DNA of 64,000 nucleotides from Patescibacteria group bacterium (GCA_049322655.1 JBMORP010000006.1:576410-640409), one strand, 5' to 3'; shown: positions 1 to 10,091, numbered from the stretch's first letter. The notes: generated by a model from the sequence alone, not told the origin. Translations and numbers: made by a program.

Positions 1-90
1 AATGCCGTGATTGGTTTTGTAGTAATGTTTGCTGCCTACTGGGCCGTTCAAGCTGTCAAAATTATTACTGGCGCTGATATACCTATCTAA
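1..90 (+). CDS. 3' fragment of a VirB2/TrbC-like pilin (runs off window start)
   Basis: Frame 1 reads NAVIGFVVMFAAYWAVQAVKIITGADIPI*, matching the C-terminal helix of the following pilin paralogues. Confidence 0.7.
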   Translation, partial: NAVIGFVVMFAAYWAVQAVKIITGADIPI

Positions 91-133
91 AACTAGCTAA
101 AAATAAAAAAAAGTAATAGAATAACCAGATAAA

Positions 134-541
134 ATGAAAAAACTTAACCAATTATTTTTTAGTTTAGCTTTTTTCTTAGCTTCCACTCAAATAGTTAATG
201 CTCAAGGCTCTTCTATTTTCGGTACAATTAAACCTCCAGCCGGGGTTGATAAATATGGCGATATTCAAAGCGGTGGTTTACTCCTTTTTGCCTCAAATGG
301 CATTAGATTGGCCACAACTGTAGCCGGTGTTTGGGTGATGCTTAACTTTATTTTGGCTGGCTGGAAATACATTACTTCTTCTGGTGATAGTAAAGCCGCG
401 AGTGAAGCTTCGACAATGATGACCAATAGTATTATTGGTTTGGCGATTATTGTTGGTTCCTATACCTTAGCAGCGATCGCTGGTTTGGTTTTCTTTGGTG
501 ATGCTACTTATATCTTGAATCCAAAAATTACAGGAGTTTAA
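134..541 (+). CDS. VirB2/TrbC-like (T4SS-type) pilin
   Basis: Signal-like N-terminus; two hydrophobic helices around 'GWKYITSSGDSKAASEASTMMTNSIIGL'. Confidence 0.8.
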   Translation: MKKLNQLFFSLAFFLASTQIVNAQGSSIFGTIKPPAGVDKYGDIQSGGLLLFASNGIRLATTVAGVWVMLNFILAGWKYITSSGDSKAASEASTMMTNSIIGLAIIVGSYTLAAIAGLVFFGDATYILNPKITGV

Positions 542-546
542 AAAAC

Positions 547-918
547 ATGCAATTAGCACAAAAAACAACTAATATCGGCGGCTTCACTCCTCCCACTAAT
601 GCTTATAGTCAGGGCTCTAACTCGGCTGCAGGCGCACTGTCAAATCTTGAATTATTTATCTCAAACATTATTGGTTTTATGACTGCTATTGGCAGCGTTT
701 TCTTTGTCATTTACTTTGTTTTGGGAGCTTTTGAATGGATCACTAGTGGTGGAGATAAAGGCAAAGTGGAAAAAGCCAGAAATAGAATGATGAATGGAGC
801 TATTGGCCTAGTTATCTTGGTGGCTTCATATGCCATTATTGGTTTACTTGGTAGCTTTATTGGTCTTGATCTACTTAATCCAGCAGAACAAATTAGACAA
901 ATCTACGGCACAATCTAA
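547..918 (+). CDS. VirB2/TrbC-like pilin
   Basis: 'GAFEWITSGGDKGKVEKARNRMMNGAIGL' between two TM helices. Confidence 0.85.
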   Translation: MQLAQKTTNIGGFTPPTNAYSQGSNSAAGALSNLELFISNIIGFMTAIGSVFFVIYFVLGAFEWITSGGDKGKVEKARNRMMNGAIGLVILVASYAIIGLLGSFIGLDLLNPAEQIRQIYGTI

Positions 919-922
919 ACTT

Positions 923-1330
923 ATGAAGAAAAAACTCAACACCTTAATCACTACTCTAGCCCTCAGTCTAATGATGGCTTCTCCTGTTGAAGCAGAAATC
1001 ACTAATCCAGTGGTAGAGGGTGGCTTTGGGAGAGGCTCTGATCGAGCGGCTGCCGGCACAACCTTTGCTGAGTATTTTATCTTTTTTTGGAATGCACTCA
1101 TCAGTTTGGGGGCAATCACTGTGATTATCTTTTTTATTTGGGGCAGTATGGAATGGATTACTAGTGGCGGTGATAAAGGTAAAGTGGAAAATGCTAGAAA
1201 TAGAATTACTCAAGCAGTCATTGGCTTAGTAGTCTTAGTTGGTTCTTATGCCATTATTGGTTTCATTGGAGAAATTTTCTTTGGAGAAACCTTTAGTGTC
1301 TTACAAATTAATATTCCAGATCCAAAATAA
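923..1330 (+). CDS. VirB2/TrbC-like pilin
   Basis: Start moved to ATG 923 (MKKKLN..., signal peptide ending VEA) to avoid overlap; 'EWITSGGDKGKVENARNRITQAVIGL'. Confidence 0.85.
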   Translation: MKKKLNTLITTLALSLMMASPVEAEITNPVVEGGFGRGSDRAAAGTTFAEYFIFFWNALISLGAITVIIFFIWGSMEWITSGGDKGKVENARNRITQAVIGLVVLVGSYAIIGFIGEIFFGETFSVLQINIPDPK

Positions 1331-1332
1331 TT

Positions 1333-1674
1333 ATGTCAAAACTAATCGCAGCCACCGTCGATCTAGCAGGAAAAGCCCAAGGAAATTTACCTGGAGCGGT
1401 TAGTGCCGATCCCCAAAAAAACTTTGGCTCTCTACTTGGCGGTCTAATGGGTGGCATCATGATTATCGCGGCCATTGCGGTATTAATTTATTTACTCTGG
1501 GGAGGCCTAGAGTGGATCAGTAGTGGTGGAGATAAAGGTAAAACCGAAGCCGCAAGAAATAAAATCACACAAGCCGTGATTGGTTTGATTGTTTTGGCTG
1601 CCACCACCGCCATTTTTATGTTACTACAGAACTTTTTGGGTATTTGTGTCTTGAGTTTCGGAGGGAGTTGTTAA
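1333..1674 (+). CDS. VirB2/TrbC-like pilin
   Basis: 'GGLEWISSGGDKGKTEAARNKITQAVIGL'. Confidence 0.85.
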   Translation: MSKLIAATVDLAGKAQGNLPGAVSADPQKNFGSLLGGLMGGIMIIAAIAVLIYLLWGGLEWISSGGDKGKTEAARNKITQAVIGLIVLAATTAIFMLLQNFLGICVLSFGGSC

Positions 1675-1757
1675 AGTTTTTTTGACTATTCTGCCAAATT
1701 CTTGATACAATTAGCAAACAGTTACTTAATAAGGAATAAAAAAATAAAAAGGATCAT

Positions 1758-2162
1758 ATGACAAAAGCCAGAAAATTAGTTATCTCTACAGGAGTTGCTC
1801 TAAGCGGTTTGGCTTCTAGTGTTTTACCAGTGACTGCTGCTACAAGAATCACTGATACCAATGTTGACCCTGGTAAGGGTTTTGCCACTGATTTTGGTGG
1901 GTTGATCAATGGTGTCTTGAGTTTTGTGATGGTGTTAGCTGCTCTCTTGGTCTTTTTGTACCTTATTTGGGGTGGTATTGAATGGATTACTAGTGGCGGC
2001 GATAAAGGTAAAACCGAATCTGCTAGAAACAAAATTACTTCTGCTATTATTGGTTTGATTGTGGTGGCAGCTTCATATGCTATCTTAACTTTAGCTTTGA
2101 ACTTCCTCGGCTTTTCAGATCTTAATGAGGTCTTTAATACCAGAACTATTCAAGGTAAGTAA
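1758..2162 (+). CDS. VirB2/TrbC-like pilin (possibly the major subunit)
   Basis: 'GGIEWITSGGDKGKTESARNKITSAIIGL'; AAGGA SD upstream and its own terminator downstream. Confidence 0.85.
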   Translation: MTKARKLVISTGVALSGLASSVLPVTAATRITDTNVDPGKGFATDFGGLINGVLSFVMVLAALLVFLYLIWGGIEWITSGGDKGKTESARNKITSAIIGLIVVAASYAILTLALNFLGFSDLNEVFNTRTIQGK

Positions 2163-2184
2163 AAGTACTTGTAAATTGATAAAT

Positions 2185-2213
2185 AAACCCCACATTTTTA
2201 ATGTGGGGTTTTT
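2185..2213 (+). terminator. Intrinsic terminator after pilin array
   Basis: AAACCCCACAT/ATGTGGGGTTT stem followed by T run. Confidence 0.8.
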
Positions 2214-2228
2214 AGTTTCTCATGTATA

Positions 2229-2681
2229 ATGCAATTGCCACTAAAAACAGGAAAAGCAGCTATGTTTAAAAAAACTTTCAAGAGAATTTCTATCTTTGTT
2301 TACACAGCATTATTTTTTTTGTACTCAGCTATACCTGTTAAAGCCCAGGGCTCTAGTTGGAGTGGCGTGTGTGTTGACGATACCAACACCGATGTAGCTA
2401 CTCTTCAGGGTTTTCAATGTTTAATCGCCAGGCTATTGGGTAGCTTTTTAACCTTAGTTGGCATTGCGGCTTTTTTGATGTTAGTAGTTGCTGGAGTTAG
2501 AATTTTACTATCTGGAGGAAATTCTCAAGCAATAGAAAAATCAAAAAACTCAGTGACTTTTGCTATCGTCGGTCTAATTGTAGCCCTAAGTTCTTTTGTC
2601 ATTCTAAACTTACTTTCAGAATTTACTGGAGTAAAAAACATTCTTCAGTTTGTGATCCCTACTTCTGATACTCAGTGGTAA
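2229..2681 (+). CDS. VirB2/TrbC-like pilin with N-terminal Cys pair
   Basis: Signal peptide, C...C, 'GVRILLSGGNSQAIEKSKNSVTFAIVGL'; true start may be ATG 2262. Confidence 0.8.
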   Translation: MQLPLKTGKAAMFKKTFKRISIFVYTALFFLYSAIPVKAQGSSWSGVCVDDTNTDVATLQGFQCLIARLLGSFLTLVGIAAFLMLVVAGVRILLSGGNSQAIEKSKNSVTFAIVGLIVALSSFVILNLLSEFTGVKNILQFVIPTSDTQW

Positions 2682-2687
2682 TAAAGG

Positions 2688-3386
2688 CTATTTACCAAAT
2701 CTTCTTTTTCTCGAGTTTAACTCTTTAATGGCTTTTTCTAGTTCTGTTTGATCAAAATCTGGCATTAGTACATCCGTAAAATAAAACTCAGAGTAGTTGC
2801 TTTGCCAAAGTAAAAATCCAGACATTCTTTGTTCACCACTAGTCCTAATAATTAACTCCGGATCTGGCATATCAGCTGTATCTAAGTAGGTTGAAAACTG
2901 TGCGGTAGTTAATTTTTCGGCGGCTAACTTACCAGCCTTTACTTCTCTAGTTATTTTTTCGACTGCTCGTAGAATTTCATCTCTACCACCATAATTAAGT
3001 GCAATATTTAAAGTTAAGTTGGTATTATGCTTGGTTTTTTCTTGCCATAAGCTAATGTTGTCTTGAATATCTTGGTCAAATTTCGTTAGGTCACCCAAAG
3101 TATTAACCCTTACTCCCTCTTTGGCTAGTTTTTCTGCTTGGTGTTTAAAGATGTTTCTAAAAATATCCATCAAGGCTTTAATTTCTCTGGGCTCACGATC
3201 CCAATTTTCTGTACTAAAAGCCCACAAAGTTAGATACTTAATTTTCAAATCAAGAGCTGCTTTAACCACTCGTTCAATACCTTCATTAGCCATTTTTTGA
3301 TGACCAACAATCACATCAAGGCCTCTTTTTTTAGCCCATCGTCTGTTGCCATCCATAATAATTGCGACATGCTGTGGTATTTGCAT
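2688..3386 (-). CDS. uppS: Undecaprenyl/polyprenyl diphosphate synthase
   Basis: HVAIIMDGNRRWA, AFSTENW, NYGGR, RTSGEQRMSGFLLWQ motifs. Confidence 0.97.
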   Translation of the reverse strand: MQIPQHVAIIMDGNRRWAKKRGLDVIVGHQKMANEGIERVVKAALDLKIKYLTLWAFSTENWDREPREIKALMDIFRNIFKHQAEKLAKEGVRVNTLGDLTKFDQDIQDNISLWQEKTKHNTNLTLNIALNYGGRDEILRAVEKITREVKAGKLAAEKLTTAQFSTYLDTADMPDPELIIRTSGEQRMSGFLLWQSNYSEFYFTDVLMPDFDQTELEKAIKELNSRKRRFGK

Positions 3387-3476
3387 AAACTTCCCTTTTT
3401 AAACTATTGAATATTAGTCGTAAAAAAACTTAAAAACCTACAACCAGTTTTTTTATTTTATTACCAGAGGTAAATC

Positions 3477-5720
3477 ATGATACAATGCAGTTTATCTATG
3501 GATAGTCGTTACGATCATCAACACCAAGAAAAAAAACTCTATGAAGCTTGGGAAAAAGCTGGCGTTTTCAGTCCTAAAGAGAACTCAAGTAGTAAAACTT
3601 TTACTATTATGATGCCTCCTCCCAATGCTAATGACCCATTACACATTGGCCACGCAATGTTTTTGGCTATAGAGGACATTTTGATTCGTTATCATCGCAT
3701 GCTTGGAGATGAAACCCTTTGGCTGCCAGGTACAGATCATGCTGGTATAGAGACTCAATTTGTTTTCGAAAAAAAACTTAAGAAAAAGGGTCAAAGTCGT
3801 TTTCAATTTGACCGAGATACTCTTTACCAAATGATTTGGGACTATGTTCAAGAGAACTCTGATGTAGCTGTTGACCAGATGAAAAAAATTGGTGCCAGTG
3901 CAGATTGGTCGCGCTTCACTTTTATGCTTGATAAACAAGTGGTCAAACAAGTTTTAGAAACTTTTATTAAGCTGCATCAAGATGAATTACTTTATCGTGA
4001 TGAACAACTCGTTAATTACTGCACCCACTGTGGTACTAGTTTTTCAGAGTTAGAAGTTGTTTATCAAGATCAAGTTTCACCCCTCTACTACGTCAGATAT
4101 CCCCTAGTTAAAAATCCTAATGAGTTTCTTACTGTCGCTACAGTTAGGCCAGAACCAATTTTTGCTGACACTCACTTGGCTGTTAACCCCACAGATAAAA
4201 AACACCAACATTTAATCGGCGAAAAAGTTTTAAACCCACTAACCAATGAAGAAATGGAAATTATTGGGGATGAGTTTGTCGATCCAGAGTTTGGTACCGG
4301 AATTGTTAAACTTACTCCAGCTCATGATGCTAACGACTTTCAAGTTGCTCAAAAAAATAATTTACCAATGTACCATGCCATCAACCTTGAAGGAAAAATC
4401 ACTGCTAATGGGGGTAAATATGCTGGTATGAAAGTTAAAGCTGCTAGGGATGAAGTGGTTAAAGATTTACAAACAAAAGATCTGATCGAAAAAATTAACG
4501 AAAAATATACCAATAGAGTTGGCACTTGTTATAGATGTAAAAGACCGCTTGAACCACTCCTTCTTCCCCAGTTTTTTATCAGAGTTAAACAATTAACCAC
4601 CCCAATTTTGGAGGACTTAAAAAACAAAAAGTTCACTGTTCATGGTGCTGGCTTCGATAAAATCTTAAAACACTGGCTAGAAAACCTCAAAGACTGGAAT
4701 ATCTCCCGCCAAATAGTCTGGGGAATCAGAATTCCTGTTTGGTATGATGTTGAAAAAAATCCAGACATTATTGTTAGTTTTTTAAATGAAAATCAAGAAA
4801 AAGTTACAGGAAAACTAGCTGAGTTTTTAACCAAAGGAATAAGCCTAGAAACAATTAACCAAGGTTTACAAGAATTGAGAGCACCTATTGGTGCAAAATT
4901 CACTGTTAGTATTGATTCTCCAGGAAAAAACTTTATTCAAGAAACAGATACTTTTGATACTTGGTTTAGCTCTGCTCAATGGCCTGTAACAACGCTAAGA
5001 AAAAATCCCCAAGATTTTACCAAATTCTACCCTACTCAAGTCATGGAAACTGGTTATGACATTTTACCCTTTTGGGTGATGAGAATGTTAATGATGGGTA
5101 AATATATTACCGGCAAATTACCCTTTAATGACATTTATCTCCACGGCCTAGTTAGAGATCAAAAAGGCCAAAAAATGAGTAAAAGTAAGGGCAATGTAGT
5201 CAATCCACTGGACATAGCCGAAAAATACGGATCTGACGCTCTTAGGATGGCTTTAGTTATCAGATCATCTGCCGGTTTAGATAAATCTGTAGGCGAACCA
5301 GACTTTAAAGCAATGAGAAACTTTTCCAATAAAATCTGGAATGCTTCTAGATTCATTCTTGAATACTTAGATTTATCTCAAGAAGGAAATCCAAAAAACA
5401 ACCAAGAATTTATTGACAAATTAAACCAAGCAACTAAACAAATCACTGCTAATTTAGAAAAATTTCAGCTTGGACTTGCAGCAGAGACAGTTTATAACGA
5501 GTTTTGGCATTGGTTTTGTGACGAACAAATTGAACTAGCTAAGACTGGTAAGGTTGGTGGCAAACAGTTGATTACTGGACTGAAAACATTTTTAGGTCTT
5601 CTCCACCCGTTTGTCCCTTTTGTCACTGAAGCAGTCTGGCAAGAGTTGAAAAATAAGCAACTAAGCACAACAAAGTTGCTAATTACCTCTTCCTGGCCAA
5701 CTAAAAACTTGGCAGAATAA
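3477..5720 (+). CDS. valS: Valine--tRNA ligase (short form, no C-terminal coiled coil)
   Basis: PPPN..LHIGH, GTDHAGI, DWNISRQ, DTWFSS, KMSKS; likely start ATG 3498. Confidence 0.95.
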   Translation: MIQCSLSMDSRYDHQHQEKKLYEAWEKAGVFSPKENSSSKTFTIMMPPPNANDPLHIGHAMFLAIEDILIRYHRMLGDETLWLPGTDHAGIETQFVFEKKLKKKGQSRFQFDRDTLYQMIWDYVQENSDVAVDQMKKIGASADWSRFTFMLDKQVVKQVLETFIKLHQDELLYRDEQLVNYCTHCGTSFSELEVVYQDQVSPLYYVRYPLVKNPNEFLTVATVRPEPIFADTHLAVNPTDKKHQHLIGEKVLNPLTNEEMEIIGDEFVDPEFGTGIVKLTPAHDANDFQVAQKNNLPMYHAINLEGKITANGGKYAGMKVKAARDEVVKDLQTKDLIEKINEKYTNRVGTCYRCKRPLEPLLLPQFFIRVKQLTTPILEDLKNKKFTVHGAGFDKILKHWLENLKDWNISRQIVWGIRIPVWYDVEKNPDIIVSFLNENQEKVTGKLAEFLTKGISLETINQGLQELRAPIGAKFTVSIDSPGKNFIQETDTFDTWFSSAQWPVTTLRKNPQDFTKFYPTQVMETGYDILPFWVMRMLMMGKYITGKLPFNDIYLHGLVRDQKGQKMSKSKGNVVNPLDIAEKYGSDALRMALVIRSSAGLDKSVGEPDFKAMRNFSNKIWNASRFILEYLDLSQEGNPKNNQEFIDKLNQATKQITANLEKFQLGLAAETVYNEFWHWFCDEQIELAKTGKVGGKQLITGLKTFLGLLHPFVPFVTEAVWQELKNKQLSTTKLLITSSWPTKNLAE

Positions 5721-5725
5721 TAATC

Positions 5726-6151
5726 ATGAGATTACTCTCTTATTTCAGTTTAGTGGGCAAGCTATTTTTTTCTTTAGTTTATTACTTGTGTTTGTTTTTT
5801 TTAGAGAAAATTTTTGCTAATAAATTTTTTTTGATAACTAATAGTTTGCTCACTGGACTGGCTTTGCTGCTTTTATTAGTTATTTTTCAAACACCAGACT
5901 TTATTCCCCCTCCTGAACCAAAAATCTTACCCATTAATAAAACTGACCAAGTAAAAACAGTTAAGCTTTCCCAACAAGAAGCCCACCTACTTTTACAAGC
6001 CAATTTAATTCCCAGCATTGAAGAAAATGTTTCTCAAAAATACTATTTAAACTTAGCCAACTTAAATCTCATTGCTAGTGATAAACAAAAAGCGGACTAC
6101 TTTTTAAAAATAGCCCGCTATATAAATCCAAATACTAGTTTTATTGAATAA
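5726..6151 (+). CDS. Hypothetical membrane protein
   Basis: Two hydrophobic segments and a TPR-like C-terminal helix pair; follows valS. Confidence 0.55.
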   Translation: MRLLSYFSLVGKLFFSLVYYLCLFFLEKIFANKFFLITNSLLTGLALLLLLVIFQTPDFIPPPEPKILPINKTDQVKTVKLSQQEAHLLLQANLIPSIEENVSQKYYLNLANLNLIASDKQKADYFLKIARYINPNTSFIE

Positions 6152-6154
6152 AAA

Positions 6155-6820
6155 TTATTCTCCAGCCTCTTTATTACCTTCTGTAGAAGCTGTTTCACCA
6201 CCTTCAGTTTTATTTTCAGGAGTCTCTTCTCCAGTAGTTTCGGTAGCTGGTTCTTCTTCAACTTCAGCTCTTTGCTCTTGAACAATAATTAGCGGTTCGT
6301 CCTCTCCTTCTTCTCCAAGCACCAGGGTAACTTTTTCTCGATCAATTTTTAAATCTTTATAGGTGATAGTTTGACCTATTTCAGTTAAATCTTCAGCCGA
6401 AAAAACAAAGTTTTCTGGCAGATCTGTTGGTAGAGCTTCAACTTCGACAGCATTCTTGACCATTACTAGTACCCCACCTGGGACATTAAACTCACCTTCA
6501 ATTTCAACTGGAATCTCAGCAGAAATTTTCTCTTTCAAACTAACTTGTTGAAAAGCTACATGAGAAACCTTAGCAGAAATTGGATCTAGTTGTACTTCGG
6601 CAATCAACACCGGTCTGGGTTTCTTTTCTCCCTCAACCGTCAAATAAACCAAACTACTTTCACCAGCCTCATCATAAAGCTTGACAAAGCTTTGGTAGTT
6701 CATCTCGACTGCTTTTGATTCTTTTTCACCATAAACGTTAGCTGGAATCAACCCCATTTTTCTAATTTGTTTGGGTTTTTTAGTTGATCTCTCAGTAACT
6801 GAGAATTTCATTTGTGTCAT
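6155..6820 (-). CDS. rplY: 50S ribosomal protein L25/general stress protein Ctc
   Basis: 'IRKMGLIPANVYG', 'VQLDPI...HVAF', 'ALPTDLPE', acidic tail; start set at ATG 6820 after GAAAGGT SD. Confidence 0.92.
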   Translation of the reverse strand: MTQMKFSVTERSTKKPKQIRKMGLIPANVYGEKESKAVEMNYQSFVKLYDEAGESSLVYLTVEGEKKPRPVLIAEVQLDPISAKVSHVAFQQVSLKEKISAEIPVEIEGEFNVPGGVLVMVKNAVEVEALPTDLPENFVFSAEDLTEIGQTITYKDLKIDREKVTLVLGEEGEDEPLIIVQEQRAEVEEEPATETTGEETPENKTEGGETASTEGNKEAGE

Positions 6821-7002
6821 TTTACCTTTCAACGTTGTTGTTTTTAGTTTTCTTTTAAACCAGGCGTACATTGTACCACACCCAAGTCGAGTTATCTTTG
6901 CTATCAAAAGATATCAAACTAGTTTTTTAATAGCCATATATTTTTTAATTGAATTATCAATCTAAAGTATCTTTTTTATCTTTAAAACACGTGAAAATAA
7001 TC

Positions 7003-7040
7003 TGACATTTAAATGACACGAAACTGACATAAAACTGACA
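7003..7040 (-). promoter_or_regulatory. Four TGTCA direct repeats at 11-bp period (Pho-box/OmpR-family-like operator)
   Basis: TGACA on + at 7003, 7014, 7025 and 7036, upstream of rplY. Confidence 0.5.
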
Positions 7041-7183
7041 AACAATCAGTTTACTTGAGAAAAAAAGTTTTTCACAGCCAGACCTCAATTCCTCTAACAA
7101 TAAAAAACTAATTAATGAACTTAAAATTGTAGTTTTTTTTAAAAATAAAGATAAGTAAAAAATTAATTATTTTTTTATAAAGT

Positions 7184-7203
7184 TGTGAATAAAATGTGGA
7201 TAA
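7184..7203. promoter_or_regulatory. Tandem DnaA boxes outside oriC
   Basis: TGTGAATAA 7184-7192 and perfect TGTGGATAA 7195-7203. Confidence 0.55.
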
Positions 7204-7211
7204 ATAAAAAA

Positions 7212-10091
7212 TTATTTAGTTTGCAACCCAACACCCACAAAAGAATGTTCGCCTGTCTGAGCAGTAAACTCGATAGTATCTCCCACCAAATTTCCCTGAG
7301 GAGCGATTAAAGTTGGCTTTCTACCAGGGAAATAGAGGGTTATCACCAAGTCATCTCGATTAACACCTGGTTGTTTTTGATCAAATAATAGATAAGAAAA
7401 TGGTTCATCTAATAGCTTGGCTGTTTCATAAGTATATTGAACAGTCACTGTTGATTCTTTGGGTATTTCTAGTGGAAAACCAACAACTTTATTTTCACGT
7501 TCAGAATAGACATTGGCCAAATTACCATTTAGTTTTTTTCCATTAATTAATACTTCTCTTGGTTGAGTATCTTTAGCGGTGATAAATCTCAAATAAAGCT
7601 TATAACTCCCTAATGGCCAGCCATCTGTCTTGGCTGAGTTGGTATAAGTCACGGTTCTAATATGCTTAATTTTTTTATCAACAAATTCTACTCTCTCCTC
7701 TATTTTTCGATCAATGTATTCATTAACTCTATTTAAACCAATATTGGCTTCAACTTGATAAATCTGCTGAACCAAACAATTAGTTTGAGGAAAACTTTGA
7801 GGACAGGACGGGTTAATTATTTCTCCACTCCACCCCATTTTTTGTAAAAATTCTTGATATTTTTCATCAGAAAGACTAACTAAAACATCTTTATTTTCTA
7901 AGCCAGTTTTAAAAGCTGTGGTTAAAACTAAAGCCTGATTTTTATCAAGAGTTTTCAAGTCTTGAAAAAGTTGTTTATAAATTATTCCTGCATAGTCTTT
8001 TTGTTGGGAATTTTGTTGATTCACAAACTCATCATCAGAGTGGAACTCTACTCTTTCAAGTAAATTATCTTTTGTGAGTACTTCTTGATAATCTGGTATT
8101 TCTAAAGAATCAATCGCTGCTAAAACATCTTGCAACACATAATAATTAATCGCGATTACTCCATCAACTCGTTTTTTTAGTGCTTCTTGAATAAACCAAA
8201 TAACCCGTTTGGCTGTGGTTGGAAAATCAGGATCCCAATTGCTATCTCTAATAAACCAGGTTTTCTCTCCTAGATATCTTTTAATTTCTTCGGGAGAAGT
8301 AACGGCCCCAGGCAAACGAGTATCTATTTCATTGGTGTTGAATATCTGAGAATCAATTAACAATCCTTGGTCAAAAGTTAATAAGGCTATTCCCTGAACA
8401 AAACCTCCTGTAGGACGAATCTCTAGGTTATTTTGTAATAAAACTGCATAAGTTTTTTTACCTTCTCCTCCAAAAAAATTGGTAAAAAAGCCTTGATATT
8501 CTTTAATCTTGGCAATTTCATTTTTATACTCTGCCAAGTACTTAGTCCATTTTTGTTGTTCTGCTGTTTCTTCATGGTTTAAGTAAAAAATAGCTTCTTC
8601 AACTTCATTAATTTTAGTTTCTATTATTACTGCTAAATCAACAATTTCTTGAGAAAAAACGGTTTGAGCTTCCCCAGTGCCTAAAATTCCTAAAATATAG
8701 CTTCCAGTTTTGTCAGCTAACTCTAGTTGTAAGCTTTGCAGCTCATTAAAATCTTGAAATAAACCGGCAATCATTACTTTTTCCAAAATTAATTCACCAA
8801 GAATTTTTTGGTAAAAGCTAGTTTGTTTTTCTAAAAACTGTGGCCAAAAACCAAGTTGATACTGTTGATTGTTTTGAGGAGTGTTTTGGTAAAGATATTG
8901 GTAAAAATCTTGTTTAGCAAACAGAATACTTATTTCCAAAACCAACCATAAAGCCAGGGAGATTCCACCAAAAATCATTATTCCAATGCCAGCCGTAAAT
9001 AAAACCTTATTTTTCTTTGATTTATTAGAAACCTTTTTTAAAATTTTCACCTTCTCATCAAGCCTTTTTTCTTTTCTAACCGTTCTTTTTTCTTTAAAAA
9101 GCCGAGTTAACTCCCCTTCAATCTTTTCTTCTTTGGCCTCATTTGTATTTTTAGATTGATATATGGGTTCTTTTTTTATTTTTATAGTTTCAGCAACAGC
9201 AACTACATCACTTTTACTTTCTTGAACCGTTTTTTCTGCCTCTAACGAGGTTGTGGATGGTGTTTTGGTTAGCTCAGCTAGTTTTTGTTTGTTCAAAGAG
9301 GAAAGAGTGGTTAGTTGGTTTTTTAACTGTTCTGTTTTTTCAACTAAATTGCTAATTAGTGGTTTTTCATCTGTTTCTAGATTAACAACTAACAAATCAT
9401 CTATTTTTAATGTTTCTCTAACAGCTTCACTCTGAATAATTTCTAATTCTCTGCCATAAACTCTAGAAAAAATCTCGGCAAAAAAACTCAGTGCTTTAGT
9501 ACTAGAGATTTTTTTACCTTGAAGAACAATTTTTTGAGGTGTATGAGGCTTAAATAAAGCTGTTTTCAAATTTTCTATAACTGTTTTTAATCCAATAAAA
9601 AAGCAAGCTTGTTGTGGATCTAATAAAACATCTTTTTCTAAACCTAGAAGAGAAAATCTAAATAGAGAGGGTAAATAGTTTTGATCAAAAAAATCACGAA
9701 TAAAGAAAAACAAACTATTGGGCAAATCAACAGTTAAATCTTGAATAAACTTAAACTGTTCAAGTTTTTCTATCGGCTCGGTCAAACTGACAAAACTATC
9801 AGGTAAAGCAGTGACAATAATGACTGGAATTTCTAAATTTTTTTCAACAAATTTTTTTATTTTTTCTAGAGAATCTCTATTTTCCAGATCTAACCACCAA
9901 ATTATTTTATAGACATTATTTTTATCTAAAGTATCAACATCAATATGGGAAATTTCTTGATCACTCAGAATCCAAGTTTTAAGTTGAAACTCACTAAAAA
10001 CACTCTCCATACTTTGTAAAAAGGGGAGATAGTTACCAAGCAATAAAACTCGAGGACTTTCCTCAATAATTTGGGTGGTTAATACAGACAT
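7212..10091 (-). CDS. DUF4012-like membrane-anchored protein
   Basis: Single TM; 'YAVLLQNNLEIRPTGGF', 'RDSNWDPDFP', 'VDGVIAIN', 'KQPG' motifs typical of DUF4012. Confidence 0.8.
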   Translation of the reverse strand: MSVLTTQIIEESPRVLLLGNYLPFLQSMESVFSEFQLKTWILSDQEISHIDVDTLDKNNVYKIIWWLDLENRDSLEKIKKFVEKNLEIPVIIVTALPDSFVSLTEPIEKLEQFKFIQDLTVDLPNSLFFFIRDFFDQNYLPSLFRFSLLGLEKDVLLDPQQACFFIGLKTVIENLKTALFKPHTPQKIVLQGKKISSTKALSFFAEIFSRVYGRELEIIQSEAVRETLKIDDLLVVNLETDEKPLISNLVEKTEQLKNQLTTLSSLNKQKLAELTKTPSTTSLEAEKTVQESKSDVVAVAETIKIKKEPIYQSKNTNEAKEEKIEGELTRLFKEKRTVRKEKRLDEKVKILKKVSNKSKKNKVLFTAGIGIMIFGGISLALWLVLEISILFAKQDFYQYLYQNTPQNNQQYQLGFWPQFLEKQTSFYQKILGELILEKVMIAGLFQDFNELQSLQLELADKTGSYILGILGTGEAQTVFSQEIVDLAVIIETKINEVEEAIFYLNHEETAEQQKWTKYLAEYKNEIAKIKEYQGFFTNFFGGEGKKTYAVLLQNNLEIRPTGGFVQGIALLTFDQGLLIDSQIFNTNEIDTRLPGAVTSPEEIKRYLGEKTWFIRDSNWDPDFPTTAKRVIWFIQEALKKRVDGVIAINYYVLQDVLAAIDSLEIPDYQEVLTKDNLLERVEFHSDDEFVNQQNSQQKDYAGIIYKQLFQDLKTLDKNQALVLTTAFKTGLENKDVLVSLSDEKYQEFLQKMGWSGEIINPSCPQSFPQTNCLVQQIYQVEANIGLNRVNEYIDRKIEERVEFVDKKIKHIRTVTYTNSAKTDGWPLGSYKLYLRFITAKDTQPREVLINGKKLNGNLANVYSERENKVVGFPLEIPKESTVTVQYTYETAKLLDEPFSYLLFDQKQPGVNRDDLVITLYFPGRKPTLIAPQGNLVGDTIEFTAQTGEHSFVGVGLQTK

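Noticed and set aside
1-2681. Diversity-generating retroelement acting on the pilins
   Set aside because: No reverse transcriptase and no template/variable repeat pair with adenine-specific differences seen.
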